Below the pieces are notes generated by a model. It worked only from the letters and a program-made list of their open reading frames with translations. It had not been told where the DNA came from and made no database searches. DNA of 64,000 nt from Mytilus edulis (lineage: Eukaryota): positions 70,578,935 through 70,642,934 of the forward strand of contig NC_092347.1 in the NCBI RefSeq assembly GCF_963676685.1, given 5' to 3'. A program made the position numbers and the translations under genes. Each line of letters starts with the position of its first letter. The stretch's first letter is position 1. Shown here in pieces: positions 1-11,663 of the stretch.

Positions 1-1607
1 AACATTATTGCTGTTTACAGTTTATCTCTATCTGTAATAATATTCAAGATAACCAAAAACAGCAAAATTTCCTTAAAATTGCCAATTCAGTGGCAGCAAC
101 CCAACAACCAGTTGTCTGATTCGTCTTAAAATTTCAGAGCAGATAGATCTGGACTTTATAAACAATTTGATCCATGTCAGATTTGCTCTAAATGCTTTGG
201 TTTCAGAGTTATAAGCCAAATCTATATTTTACCCCCTATGTTTTATTTTTAGCCATGGCGGCTATCTTGGTTGGTTGGCCAGGTCACCACACACATTTGT
301 TAAACTATATATCCCAAGGATGATTGTGGCAAAGTTTGGTTAAATTTGTAGTTTTAGAGGAAAAGATTTTAGTAAAAGTTAATGACGACAGACGCCAAGT
401 GATAAAAAAAATTGACGGATTTTGACGAATTACATTTAATTTTCTAAATAATAACAGTAAAGATAATTATTTGAGACCTCTGACTTATCACAATTAGGAT
501 ATTTCAACAAATCACATGACATTTTTAACCAATTTGACAGTAACGGTAGCTGAAAATAACAGTTTGCAGCTTGATGATAAATTAAGGGCATTATTTCCTA
601 CCCTCTTTATAAATGCGAAGACAGTATATTACCCTATAAGGAGCACATACAAGACAACTGCACATCATTACAACATTTCCAACAAAAGAAGCTTTTAATT
701 ATAAAGTGAGCCTTTAGGAGTTATGTGTCCAGTTAATACAAATAAAGCACATGTATACCTGTAAACAAGGACGTATATATTAGTTATACGTCCTTGCTGT
801 AAATTATATGAATCAAAACTCATCAGGTATAATTTATATAAAAAAAAATACGTTGTCAATATCAGCGAATAATTGATTTACCAATAATGTTTTGAATTAT
901 AGCCAAAGGGTTATTTATCCAATCATCACCAATACCAGGCATTTTTTCTATAGTAGCAATCAACAAAATACTGAGGGACAGGAACAATGTGATGAGAAAT
1001 GGCGGGAAATTAAAAGGACATTCTAGAACATAAACAGCAAACCCGTAATCAACGAAATTCTTTGACAACAATGATATCATAAATTGATCGTTCTTTTTTA
1101 TTTTCAATATTTAACTTTTTTTTTTAAATCATAAACTTGTTACAAGTATACGATTGTATTCTAAAACATGATATATTCGAGAATCAAAATATAAATAATG
1201 ATTTGTTTTCTTCACTCGGAACTTCTCGGCTGGTTCCATCCAACATATGCGAGATGCGCAGTGACCCGAATGTTTCGGTCTCACTAATCAGCGACAATCA
1301 GAATTCTAGCGACAAGAAGCGACAAAGAGAATTATTTTAGCGACAAGAACCGATAAGAAACTAGTAAGCGAAAAAATATCTTTTTTAATCAAAATTACTT
1401 ATTCCAAATAAATATTAAAAAAGAATATGCAAAAGAAAACAATTTTAGCAACAAGAAAGCTAACATATTTGATAGAAAAAAATTGAAACATTTATTTACA
1501 TGATATATTTGATAATCCCATTCTAAAGCATTGAAAGCCTCATTTATAACCGTTGACATGTTCCCCTACGACTATGTTCATTGACTTTGGTACTAAACAA
1601 AACAAAA

Positions 1608-2393
1608 TAGGCACTGGCTACGGTTACATGGAAATGTAACAATAATAAAAATGTTATTGTTACATTGGAGACTAATTGCCGGAATGCAAAGTTGGGCGAG
1701 GAACCGATTAATTACAAATGTAACAATAATTACTGAGGCTACGGTTAAATTACATTATTGTTACATGAAAAACAGCAATGTACGCTAGATTGATTAAACT
1801 TAAATCTTCTATAGTTGTATTGCTTCATTCTTTCATATGTACTAAACAATACTAGTCTTGTAATTTAATACTAATAAATAATCAAATATTATTATTCAAC
1901 AAATGGTGTACAACTTGAATAGTTTTACTACGTATTTATGGTTTTGATGTTCTTAAAGATACTACTCAAGATTAGGAGTGTAACTGTCAAAGGCGAAAAA
2001 TATAGTTCAATGGTTTCACTTTTTTAAAGTATTTAACTGCACACCTCTTATTACTGTCATTATACTTTGGGCCAATTTTGTTTATGGTGAAAAAAATAAA
2101 ACTTGGGATGCGTTTTAAACCAAACTGAAACAATATCAAGACAGACATTTCATACAGCTTTATAACTTGACGCAAATTGATAATCAAAAGCAAAGTTTGC
2201 TAACTGTAACGTACATTGCTTTTTTCATGTAACAATAACGCAATGTATTAACCGTAGCCTCAATAATTATTGTTAAATTCGTAATTAAACAGGTCCTTAC
2301 CCAACCATGCATTCCGGCATTAAGTCCGAGGCTCCAATGTAACAATAATATTTTTATTATTGTTACATTTCCATGTAACCGTAGCCAGTGCCA
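1608..2393. repeat. Foldback or inverted-MITE structure. The ~190-bp arms (1608-1798 and 2203-2393) are about 88 percent identical in inverted orientation and are separated by ~405 bp. Each arm holds a nested perfect 12-bp hairpin (ATGTAACAATAA..TTATTGTTACAT).
   Basis: I reverse-complemented one arm and compared it base by base with the other. Confidence 0.65.
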
Positions 2394-3094
2394 ACAAAAT
2401 ATGCATTTATATATTATAGTGCACAACAAAATAATTTATATGTTGTGTTTCTCAAGTTTTATTCTCGCTATTTTAAATTCATAGTACGTTTTCACAAGCA
2501 GGGAATTTAAAATATTTAAAGGAATCACTAATTCCAGAGAAATATGTTTGTTAGTTAATACATAATGTCAGTTTATATATAAAAAAAAATCAACCAAATA
2601 CTGTTCATTTATAATGAAGACTTCAGAATAAAGTAAATGTTAGTTATTCGCCGGTTGTCATGTTCATGGTGAATGAAAAAAAAAGTTAAAAATCATTCAA
2701 TAAGTAATTTCAAGACCTTCGAAGGAATACACCACTAAAACAAGTGCCGTGTTACACTTTACATGTAGCATATGTTTTTCTCCTAGTTTATCCTGAAATT
2801 CGTTTGTTCAATCAATATATTTAAATATTGGATAAAAGTATTGAATAATAACAATTGTATATTACATGGTTGTTACAATTATTTATATGATATGTGTTTA
2901 AAGAATCCAAATGACAAAAATAACTGGGTTTGTAATATACGAAAGGAATTGTTCCATCTTAGTTTAAATGATTTGTGGTATTCACAAAATTCTTTATGTA
3001 AAGATCATATTATTGTTATTAAACAGAGACTTTGTGGTATTGTCAAACAAGAGTTTGATGCTACTTTAGAAAGTTCATCAAAATGTTTTTTGAA

Positions 3095-4338
3095 ATGTCC
3101 TGTCAGCACTAGTTCGATGGTGAAATCGTTGTGAAATACCGGCTTTCTTGATTCTTCTAACCAAGTAAATATGATATGCTCTTTATAGGAGTAGCTGTTA
3201 TGACGTTTTAGTTTAAAATTGTACTACTGAAGCACATATTAGCTATTACTAGTTGTTAGCTATATATTTACAGTTGATATTGTAGTGGGTGAGTATCTTT
3301 TGCTTGTTTGTTGATTATTGAAAAGTGTAAAATCAGACTTGAAGAATGACTATTTTCAATTTAAAAGAATATATTTATGCAAGAAATAAGTTATGGATAA
3401 ACGTCAATTAGCACATAAGACAACAATTTTTCCTCAAATTTGTTGTCAATTATATATAATATTTGTACAAGAACAGGAGGATCTATAGGTATATGTATGC
3501 CTATAAGCATTACGCATTAATAGGTCAATTTCTGCTACCATTAATTTAGGCTAGTGTTAAATTGGTTAATATATATTTTACTGTTTATTCTTCAAAATCT
3601 CCTTATCATTATTCATCAGCGAGGGTAAATCTATGTCCCATTGACACATTCTCCATTTATTTATTTATGATACAACATCAATATGAAAACCATGACATGT
3701 CTTTCACGACAGGAGCAGTAGTTTTTTTTGCTATAACTGTAAACCAGGCAATACATGTTTCTCGGGTAACAGTTATATTAAAAAACAAAACAAATATTAA
3801 TAGAATATTATTTGTAAATTTTCTGTTTCAGAAATAGAAAATGTCGTCAACTGACAGAAACAAACTCCTAATGGGAGACAACAAGTCTATGTTATCAGCT
3901 AGTTCATCATTAATGTCGAAATGGTCACTAAAGACAGAATTGACATCACAAACTGGTATGTTTTTATTTTACAATATAAATTTAAACAGCATGAATTTTT
4001 ATATGAATATTTTGATGATTAAAAGTAGATGTGACTTGTGAGATAAAAGTCAATAATACAGAAACCTGACAACACAAAAACTCAGTAAGATACATAGTTG
4101 TCAACACAGTCTTTAACCATAGTCTAGTGTTTATACATTGATTCTTTACGCTATGAATTGAGCAGTATAATGCCAAGAGTCTAGAAAGCTTTGTGCATAT
4201 CAAACTAAGAATAACCAAGATCAGCCAATAAATTTTCTAGCACACAAGATCATTAAAATTTATTTGAAGGCAACCAATTACTGTTTTGACAATGTTCCTA
4301 ATTTTGTGCACATGTATTATTATAAAGATAATGTTTTT
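3095..4338 (+). repeat. Copy 1 of a ~1.24-kb direct duplication, near-identical to 5984-7227 at an offset of 2889 bp. It carries an exon-like ORF (MSSTDRNKLLMGDNKSML...TSQTG) that ends in a GTATGT donor.
   Basis: ORFs 3562-3837, 3841-4041 and 3982-4218 are duplicated as 6451-6726, 6730-6930 and 6871-7107, with 1-2 substitutions. Confidence 0.8.
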
Positions 4339-4925
4339 TGTATAGATATATGATATCCAATTTTTCTTTGCAGTCATATTTGTGTAAACCCATACCCGAT
4401 ATTTATAAAAAGTGTATTGTTAAATTTAGATTAATTTTGTCATCACATAATCTAGCTATAGAGAAGGGAAGGTATTCCAATGTTAATAGAAACCTTAGAA
4501 CCTGTACATTGTGTATTGATGATATTGAGGATGAAATGCATTTTATTTTATCATGTCCATTATATTCTAATCTGCGTGAATGTTTGATTAAACCATATTA
4601 TTGGCGTAAGCCATCTGTTTATAAACTGTTACAATTATCAAGCACTACTAATGTAAAAGACTTGTGCAACTTGGGAAAATATATATTTAGAGCACTGAAG
4701 CTCAGAAATGACTGTTTTTAGTAAAATGTTTTGTAATTCATTTGTTACAAATATTTGCTATTTGGAATTACATTTATATGTATTTATATTTTGTGTATTT
4801 AAAACTTCTGTCTGTTTTGTCATGATCGTATATTTAAATAAAAAATTGTAATATATATTTAGTATATATTGATTATGCATGTACCTATATGTTGTAAAAC
4901 ATTTGGTTAATAAAGAATTGAATTG
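4338..4925 (+). mobile_element. 5'-truncated LINE 3'-end fragment: the ORF2 C-terminal CCHC domain (RTCTLCIDDIEDEMHFILSCPLYSNLR) plus a 3' UTR
   Basis: ORF 4338-4721 carries the R.C.LC....E.E.HF.L.CP.Y...R motif found at the C-terminus of non-LTR ORF2 proteins. It belongs to a different family from the intact LINE. Confidence 0.6.
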
Positions 4926-5983
4926 AATCCAGCTGTCATTTTGTGGTGATTATCTATAATTCGTTGATTCGTGACCTACAACCAAATAAATGATAATCAC
5001 AAAACTTATTACAAATAAACCTTAATATTTGCGTTTTTTTCTTCTGTAATGAACATTTTGTTTTATCCACCAAGCAAGGTCATGATTTATTGTGATATGA
5101 CGTGTGAGGTACAGCCAACTATATTAGAGTGTTACCTATGGCTTGGAAATATATTGGGAGCCATTAAACATTTGAGATGGCTTTCTGCTGGGAACAGTAT
5201 ATCAATATATATATGTTCTTGCTTTCTGCAACTGTTAGCAAGTCAGGAAACTGACTTTTCATTGGTTGTCTATTAAATGTGATACCTTCACGTATTTTGT
5301 TATTTTTATAGCTTTGAGTATAGATATAGTAAAGCATATAATTACCATTATTATGATAAAATAACATTGAACAGCAACTATTTTTAACGATTTTTTCTTG
5401 TTCAAATTGTAAAAGCCTTTATAGCTTCAGGGATGCTGTGCCCCCCTGACCCACTGCCTCGGTATAAACAGAAGGCAAGTTATGCCACTGGCAATAAAAC
5501 AAGGGACACGCGTCGCGCCTCGTTAATCTCATTTGATGTTCTACATTGTGTATTACCTTAGGGTGAAGCCACACTAGCTAACGTTGGTCCTATCAGGAAA
5601 AATGAATTGAACAGTTAGAAAGGAAACAATATTTCATGTTTTTGTTTCAATAAATCCTTCAAAGGAAAGTGAAAAATCTTTGTTTATAAATATTTTCATT
5701 TTATAGCGTGTGCATTTCCTTTGCTCTTACAAATATTTAATTTCTTCATCTATCAATATAATAATAAAAAAAATCAATTTATTTCTGCCCGTATATCAAA
5801 AAAGACTAAATGCATATTTTCTTTATATTTAATAAAAAAAATGTTTTCTTGTAGCTAAATAGCTTCTTGTCGCTAAAATTATTCTTCTTGACGCTTCTTG
5901 TCGCTTCTTGACGCTTTTTGTCACTAATTAGTGAGACCCGAATGTTTTGTTTGGACTACGACTTTTGGTTTAGGAAAATGTCC

Positions 5984-7227
5984 TGTCAGCACTAGTTCGA
6001 TGGTGAAATCGTTGTGAAATACCGGCTTTCTTGATTCTTCTAACCAAGTAAATATGATATGCTCTTTATAGGAGTAGCTGTTATGACGTTTTAGTTTAAA
6101 ATTGTACTACTGAAGCACATATTAGCTATTACTAGTTGTTAGCTACATGTATATATTTACAGTTGATATTGTAGTGGGTGAGTATCTTTTGCTTGTTTGT
6201 TGATTATTGAAAAGTGTAAAATCAGACTTGAAGAATGACTATTTTCAATTTAAAAGAATATATTTATGCAAGAAATAAGTTATGGATAAACGTCAATTAG
6301 CACATAAGACAACAATTTTTCCTCAAATTTGTTGTCAATTATATATAATATTTGTACAAGAACAGGAGGATCTATAGGTATATGTATGCCTATAAGCATT
6401 ACGCATTAATAGGTCAATTTCTGCTACCATTAATTTAGGCTAGTGTTAAATTGGTTAATATATATTTTACTGTTTATTCTTCAAAATCTCCTTATCATTA
6501 TTCATCAGCGAGGGTAAATCTATGTCCCATTGACACATTCTCCATTTATTTATTTATGATACAACATCAATATGAAAACCATGACATGTCTTTCACGGCA
6601 GGAGCAGTAGTTTTTTTTGCTATAACTGTAAACCAGGCAATACATGTTTCTCGGGTAACAGTTATATTAAAAAACAAAACAAATATTAATAGAATATTAT
6701 TTGTAAATTTTCTGTTTCAGAAATAGAAAATGTCGTCAACTGACAGAAACAAACTCCTAATGGGAGACAACAAGTCTATGTTATCAGCTAGTTCATCATT
6801 AATGTCGAAATGGTCACTAAAGACAGAATTGACATCACAAACTGGTATGTTTTTATTTTACAATATAAATTTAAACAGCATGAATTTTTATATGAATATT
6901 TTGATGATTAAAAGTAGATGTGACTTGTGAGATAAAAGTCAATAATACAGAAACCTGACAACACAAAAACTCAGTAAGATACATAGTTGTCAACACAGTC
7001 TTTAACCATAGTCTAGTGTTTATACATTGATTCTTTACGCTATGAATTGAGCAGTATAATGCCAAGAGTCTAGAAAGCTTTGTGCATATCAAACTAAGAA
7101 TAACCAAGATCAGCCAATAAATTTTCTAGCACACAAGATCATTAAAATTTATTTGAAGGCAACCAATTACTGTTTTGACAATGTTCCTAATTTTGTGCAC
7201 ATGTATTATTATAAAGATAATGTTTTT
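5984..7227 (+). repeat. Copy 2 of the ~1.24-kb direct duplication
   Basis: See copy 1. The two copies diverge after GATAATGTTTTT, at 4338 and 7227. Confidence 0.8.
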
Positions 7228-7762
7228 CTGTAAATCTGAATATAATTATTAAAAATTATGTTACATTGAGAATGTGATGACAGAGAACAGGTCTTGTATC
7301 CAGGGAACTCCAAATGCTTACTTTTTGAAATGTTTGATGGTTAAAAAAAGTTTTAGTGTTGAAACTCAAATTTGTATGTAAATCTCTCATCTCTAACTTA
7401 AAAGAAAATCAGGAGAAATATCTGTCATATGTCTGTAGCTGACAGAATTTCAGAAGAACAACACTAAAAAGATCTTAATAGAAAAAAAATTTAATGGGAT
7501 GACATAAAATTAGAACAAGCACACCAAAAATAAAATCAAAGTAACAGCTCTTTTATTGCTGTTCTTCAACTCAAGAGTTATAATTAAATGTTACTGTTGA
7601 TTAGAAAGTTAAGATATTTCAGTGTGTTCTGGTCATGAATATTTACACAAGGAGTAAATAAATTATATAACACTTTTCTGTGTGAATGTAAACAACATAT
7701 CCTTTTATAGTAAACTGATACCTCTTTTTTCAGGTTTAGGCCTAACAGCAGGATTGGTAAAA

Positions 7763-8479
7763 ATGGAGAAGCCATCTTCTGTGACAACATCAGGAAGAAG
7801 TAGGCTTGACCAAACTTCTTCAAACATTGGCAGAAATACTACATCTTCAGCGTTACACAATACATTACTTGGACCAACAAAGTCAAGTTTTTCATTGTCA
7901 GGAAGACCAGGATTGACATCAAATTTGACCAGCAGTTTGACCACATCATCCAATTTGTCCAGTAGGCTTGGTCTGTCATCAGGTTTAAGTAGTAGACTTG
8001 GACCATCCTCAAATTTAACAAGCAGTCTTCTGACAAAGCCTGACCAATCAAAACTTAGCTCATTAAGAAGTGGTGATACTAGATCTGAGCAAACTTCCTC
8101 CATGTTTAAGGAAAATTTACAATCTAATTTACTGAAGTCATCTTCACCTCTTGTCACGATAAAAATAGAACCAGTCACGTCCTTTAGTTCTAGCAGTTAC
8201 TCAACTCAAAGTACATTATCAAGGCAATTGAGCTCAGATAAAAAGGAGACAACCAAAAGAAAGAGTAATGATCGGGCTGCAATCAAATCAAGAAAGAAGA
8301 TGGTGAATAGTGATGGGAAAGTTACTACAATTACTAGATATGAAGTCAAACCACCACAGTATAAATTAGAAATAGATATTAAAGACAAAGGAATAGATAT
8401 ACCAGACTTTGTATCGCCAGCCCAGGATCCAAGTTTGAAACCTATTTCTAAACCATTGCATGATGTGAATGGGATAAAG
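7763..8479 (+). CDS. TEP1: TEP1-like exon 1: putative start MEKPSS then an S/T-rich low-complexity N-terminus. Donor GT is at 8480, phase 0.
   Basis: Long ORF in frame with ORF 7682-8539. ATG at 7763 has A at -3. Donor GTATTA. Splices in phase to the TROVE exons. A possible upstream acceptor at 7731-7733 means the true start could lie in a 5' exon. Confidence 0.55.
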
Positions 8480-8927
8480 GTATTAATTTCTTCACAATAT
8501 CTGGTGTTGAAATCAGACATATTTTGGCATTTGCCATAAGGGATCATTCAAATTATCATCCACTGGCCCTTTTTTTAAATGTTTAACATGTTTAAGGATT
8601 CTACACACGTCAGGTTGAGTTGGTTGATACTGGCTTTCATCTTTCTTAACATCTATGACAGACAATTTTAAAGTTGCAAACTTGCAACTCAATCACTTAA
8701 GTATGGTTGTTTCAATGAAATGAATCCTGTTAAAGTTTTTAATTCATTACATTTGCCTGAAAAATGAACTGTTCATTCAGCAAATTGGTTTTGTAAAAAA
8801 ATTTGCTATAAACACAACTATAAATTGAAAACAAAAATATAAGTAATTCTATTATTCTTAAGCTTGGGTTTTTTATGTTACGAAAAAAGTCATTGCTCAA
8901 CATGCATGTTTAATTTTATTATTTAAG

Positions 8928-9062
8928 CTTGGTTTCATCAATGCTGTTAGTGGATCACTTATTTGCCAACCAGATTTTAGAAATTCAGTAGACAATACTA
9001 GAATAGCACTATTAAACATGGCAAAGAAGTTGGTTGTTTATGATCCAGAGTTTGTACTGAAG
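8928..9062 (+). CDS. TEP1: TEP1-like exon 2 (start of TROVE domain, LGFINAVSGSLICQPDF...VYDPEFVLK)
   Basis: Acceptor AG at 8926-8927, donor GTAAGT at 9063. Phase 0 on both sides. Confidence 0.7.
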
Positions 9063-9325
9063 GTAAGTTCATATTTGATATTTTTTATCCCGCACAGAGC
9101 CTCAATGGGGGATATTGCTGTAAGGCATTGATTGTGCTTAGTCCATCTGTCTGTCGAGTACGCTTTTTTTGATAATTTGTTAAAAAAACCAACAGAATTT
9201 TAATGGTGGTTTATGATGATACAAATTTGTAAATCTTGAAAGAATGTTTAGATGAAAACATCTTTTTTTAGCCAAAACTGTTGCTTTAATTTATTTGATT
9301 ATTTTTATTTGTACATTTGTTGTAG

Positions 9326-9487
9326 GTTGCACTTTATACCAGAAAGCAACTTAACATAAGAACAACAGCAAACTTTCTGTTAGCCATGGCAGCTAATATT
9401 GATTTGTGCAGACCATTCTTAAAGAAATACTACTGTGCCTCTATAAGTTTACCATCAGACTGGATAGAAGTAGCTGAAATATATCAG
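9326..9487 (+). CDS. TEP1: TEP1-like exon 3 (TROVE: VALYTRKQLNIRTTANFLLAMAANIDLCRPF...)
   Basis: Acceptor TTGTAG, donor GTTAGT. Strong resemblance to the TROVE domain of TEP1/Ro60. Confidence 0.8.
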
Positions 9488-9714
9488 GTTAGTTCTGGTA
9501 TGGTTACCAAAGAGAGATAATTTAGTTTGTGACTGTAGGGTAATTGTCATGATAGAAAAATTGTGGATGTTATGCCCAAAAAAACTTTGCCTATTGGTCA
9601 TACACCTTCTTTGTCCCACCTGAATTTGCCACTGTATTCTTAATTTTAATTAAGAATTAGAAGAAAGGTTTTCGAAAAGAAAAGATATCAATTAAAGAAA
9701 AGATTTATTATAAC

Positions 9715-10045
9715 AATAAGAATGGTATAATTGCCAATGAGACAACTCTCCACAAGATAGAAGATGACACAAAAATTAACAACTATGCATGAAATAAAAT
9801 TGAGAATGGAATGGTGAATGTGTCGAAGAGACAACAACCTGACTAAAGAGCAAAAAAACAGGTGAAGGCCACCAATGGTTCTTCAAAAGAGGGACGAAAG
9901 ATACCAAAGGGACAGTCAAACTCATAAATCTAAAACAAACTGACAACGCCATGGCTAAAAATAAAAAAGACAAACAGAAAAACAATAGTACACACGACAC
10001 AACATAGAAAACTAAAGAATAAACAACACGAACCCCAACACAGCC
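9715..10045 (+). repeat. Longest copy (~330 bp) of a composite SINE-like interspersed repeat. Its modules are ATTGCCAATGAGACAACTCTCCACAAGA / ATTGAGAATGGAATGGTGAATGTGTCGAAGAGACAACAACC / GACAAACAGAAAAACAATAGTACAC...CATAGAAAACTAAAGA.
   Basis: Fragments of this one element recur in both orientations: 16635-16735(-), 27040-27125(-), 28715-28790(-), 28990-29100(+), 36690-36780(-), 38210-38330(+), 41235-41410(+), 44640-44760(+), 46180-46240(+). Confidence 0.6.
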
Positions 10046-10491
10046 AGAAAAGTTTTTTTATGAAATTGAACTGATGTCTGAATATTCAGTAAATCATAAC
10101 AATAAAGAATGTACAAATCTTCAGTTTTATCTGTATTTTGGAAATTATATTATATATAGTTGTGATATACATTTGTAACATGTATAGTAAAACATGTACA
10201 CTGATGTTTTAATTCAAACATTAAATATTAACTGTGTATAAATATAGATTCTACTACTGCATCAAGTGTGATACAATATTTATCCATTCAAGACAGTTAA
10301 ATTTTCAAATTTGAAACACCATTTTGACCAAGGAAGAACTGAGATCAAACTAGTCACTTGTGATTAAATCAAAATAATCAACAAGTCATGAAAGGGATAA
10401 AATGAGTAAGAATTAGAGAAACTGTCTTATCATATTTCAGTTTCATAGTGCGCAGGTTTTAACATAAATGTATTGTGTTTTATCTCTTCAG

Positions 10492-10588
10492 GCTTTCCAT
10501 GACAGACATTTGACACAAGGGGCGTTACCCTCAGCGCTAAGAAGAGTTATGATGACTAAATTTCCTGACTTTGATGAATACCAGCTTG
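10492..10588 (+). CDS. TEP1: TEP1-like exon 4 (TROVE: AFHDRHLTQGALPSALRRVMMTKFPDFDEYQLG)
   Basis: Acceptor CTCTTCAG, donor GTAAGA. Ends in phase 1. Confidence 0.75.
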
Positions 10589-11663
10589 GTAAGAAAACAT
10601 TTTGCTTTTGATATCTGTTACATTTTCAGAGCATTTATGTTTAAACTCAAAAGGCAATAGAAGGCCATTTCAGTGACTGCCTTTTATTTTGTCTGACTGT
10701 AAAAATGTCACATGTATGTCACATGTATGCTAAACTGGTTTGATTGATTGATAATTGGTGTTTTAACTTCTCTTTTAACTGCCACTTTTGGCCAATTTCA
10801 TGGTGGCAAGTTTTAATTGGTGGAGGAAACAGATTCCCCGGCTTTGATAGGAAAATACACTGGTCGGAACATTTGAAAATTGAAACTACAAATGTATTTG
10901 TATAAACTATCTATTTCTGATGGTTGAAAATTGGATAAAAGGGGAGATAATTACATTTCGACAGAGAAAATTGCTATATATAGGTAGACAGAGGGGCTTC
11001 CATATTTATGCTGGATAGTGTCTGATCTGGAGATAAAGGCATCCAAGTTACTTAAGTACAAAGTACAATGAACAGAAGGAAAACTTCTATTGCTGTAAAT
11101 AGTTCAGTGGTACTTCTACTGGTACTAGAAATATGTGCTATTAATTCCATTATTACTAATTAATAAAGGAATAAGACTTTATTTTACGAAAACAGATATT
11201 TTTTTAGTATTCAGGATATATATATACAGGGTTAGATACTTGATGTCTTAGTTACTTATGCTCTGTTGTATTTCTTCAAATTTTCTGTATTTATGTGCTT
11301 TGGAATGTGGGGGAAAAGGGGGGGGGGGCTACTTCTGTCTAGTTATTCTGTTGAATTACATTAAGTTTATGAAGTTCTATAAAATTATTTATTATATACT
11401 TAGTAGTAAATACAGATAAATTGTATGTTTAATACAATCATTTGCAAGCGTGCTGTATCAGTCACCTGTGATGATATCGATATCAGCACGGTTGCAAAAG
11501 CTTTATCACACCTTTAATCTGTATGACGTCACGTCATGGATTGCAGTCACTGTTGCAAAGGCTTTCAAATCCCTAATCTGTATGACATCATGTCAAACCT
11601 ATAATCTGTATGACGTCATGTTACATAAAAACATCTACTTGAGGTATATGTATATAATAAAGT

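Larger units (their letters stand above)
1250..5950. repeat. Pair of ~85-bp imperfect inverted repeats (1258-1345 and 5866-5950) with AGCGACAAG subrepeats, bounding ~4.7 kb. Possible TIRs of a non-autonomous DNA element, or two inverted copies of a short repeat.
   Basis: The reverse complement of 5866-5950 aligns to 1263-1345 at roughly 80 percent identity (CGGTCTCACTAATCAGCGACAA / AGCGACAAGAAGCGACAAAGAGAATTATTTTAGCGACAAG). No transposase ORF lies between them. Confidence 0.4.

Noticed and set aside
862-1107. 81-aa hydrophobic minus-strand ORF near the window start
   Set aside because: It has no recognizable motif, sits inside AT-rich repetitive flank, and shows no splice signals. It could be the edge of a neighbouring gene, but support is insufficient.
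2841-3134. 97-aa ORF with Cys/His-rich text just upstream of the duplicated 1.24-kb unit
   Set aside because: It resembles no RT or transposase segment I recognise. It overlaps the start of the duplicated unit and is more likely chance or decayed repeat-derived coding.
3095-7227. LTR retrotransposon interpretation of the 1.24-kb direct repeats flanking 1.65 kb
   Set aside because: The repeat ends do not show a TG...CA terminal structure. There is no PBS or PPT at the junctions. The internal region holds only a LINE C-terminal fragment, with no gag/pol. A plain segmental duplication fits better.
7705-8547. Minus-strand ORFs (157 aa and 113 aa) overlapping TEP1 exon 1
   Set aside because: They are antisense reading frames through a low-complexity S/T/L-rich coding exon. 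Such mirror ORFs arise trivially, and there is no independent signal.
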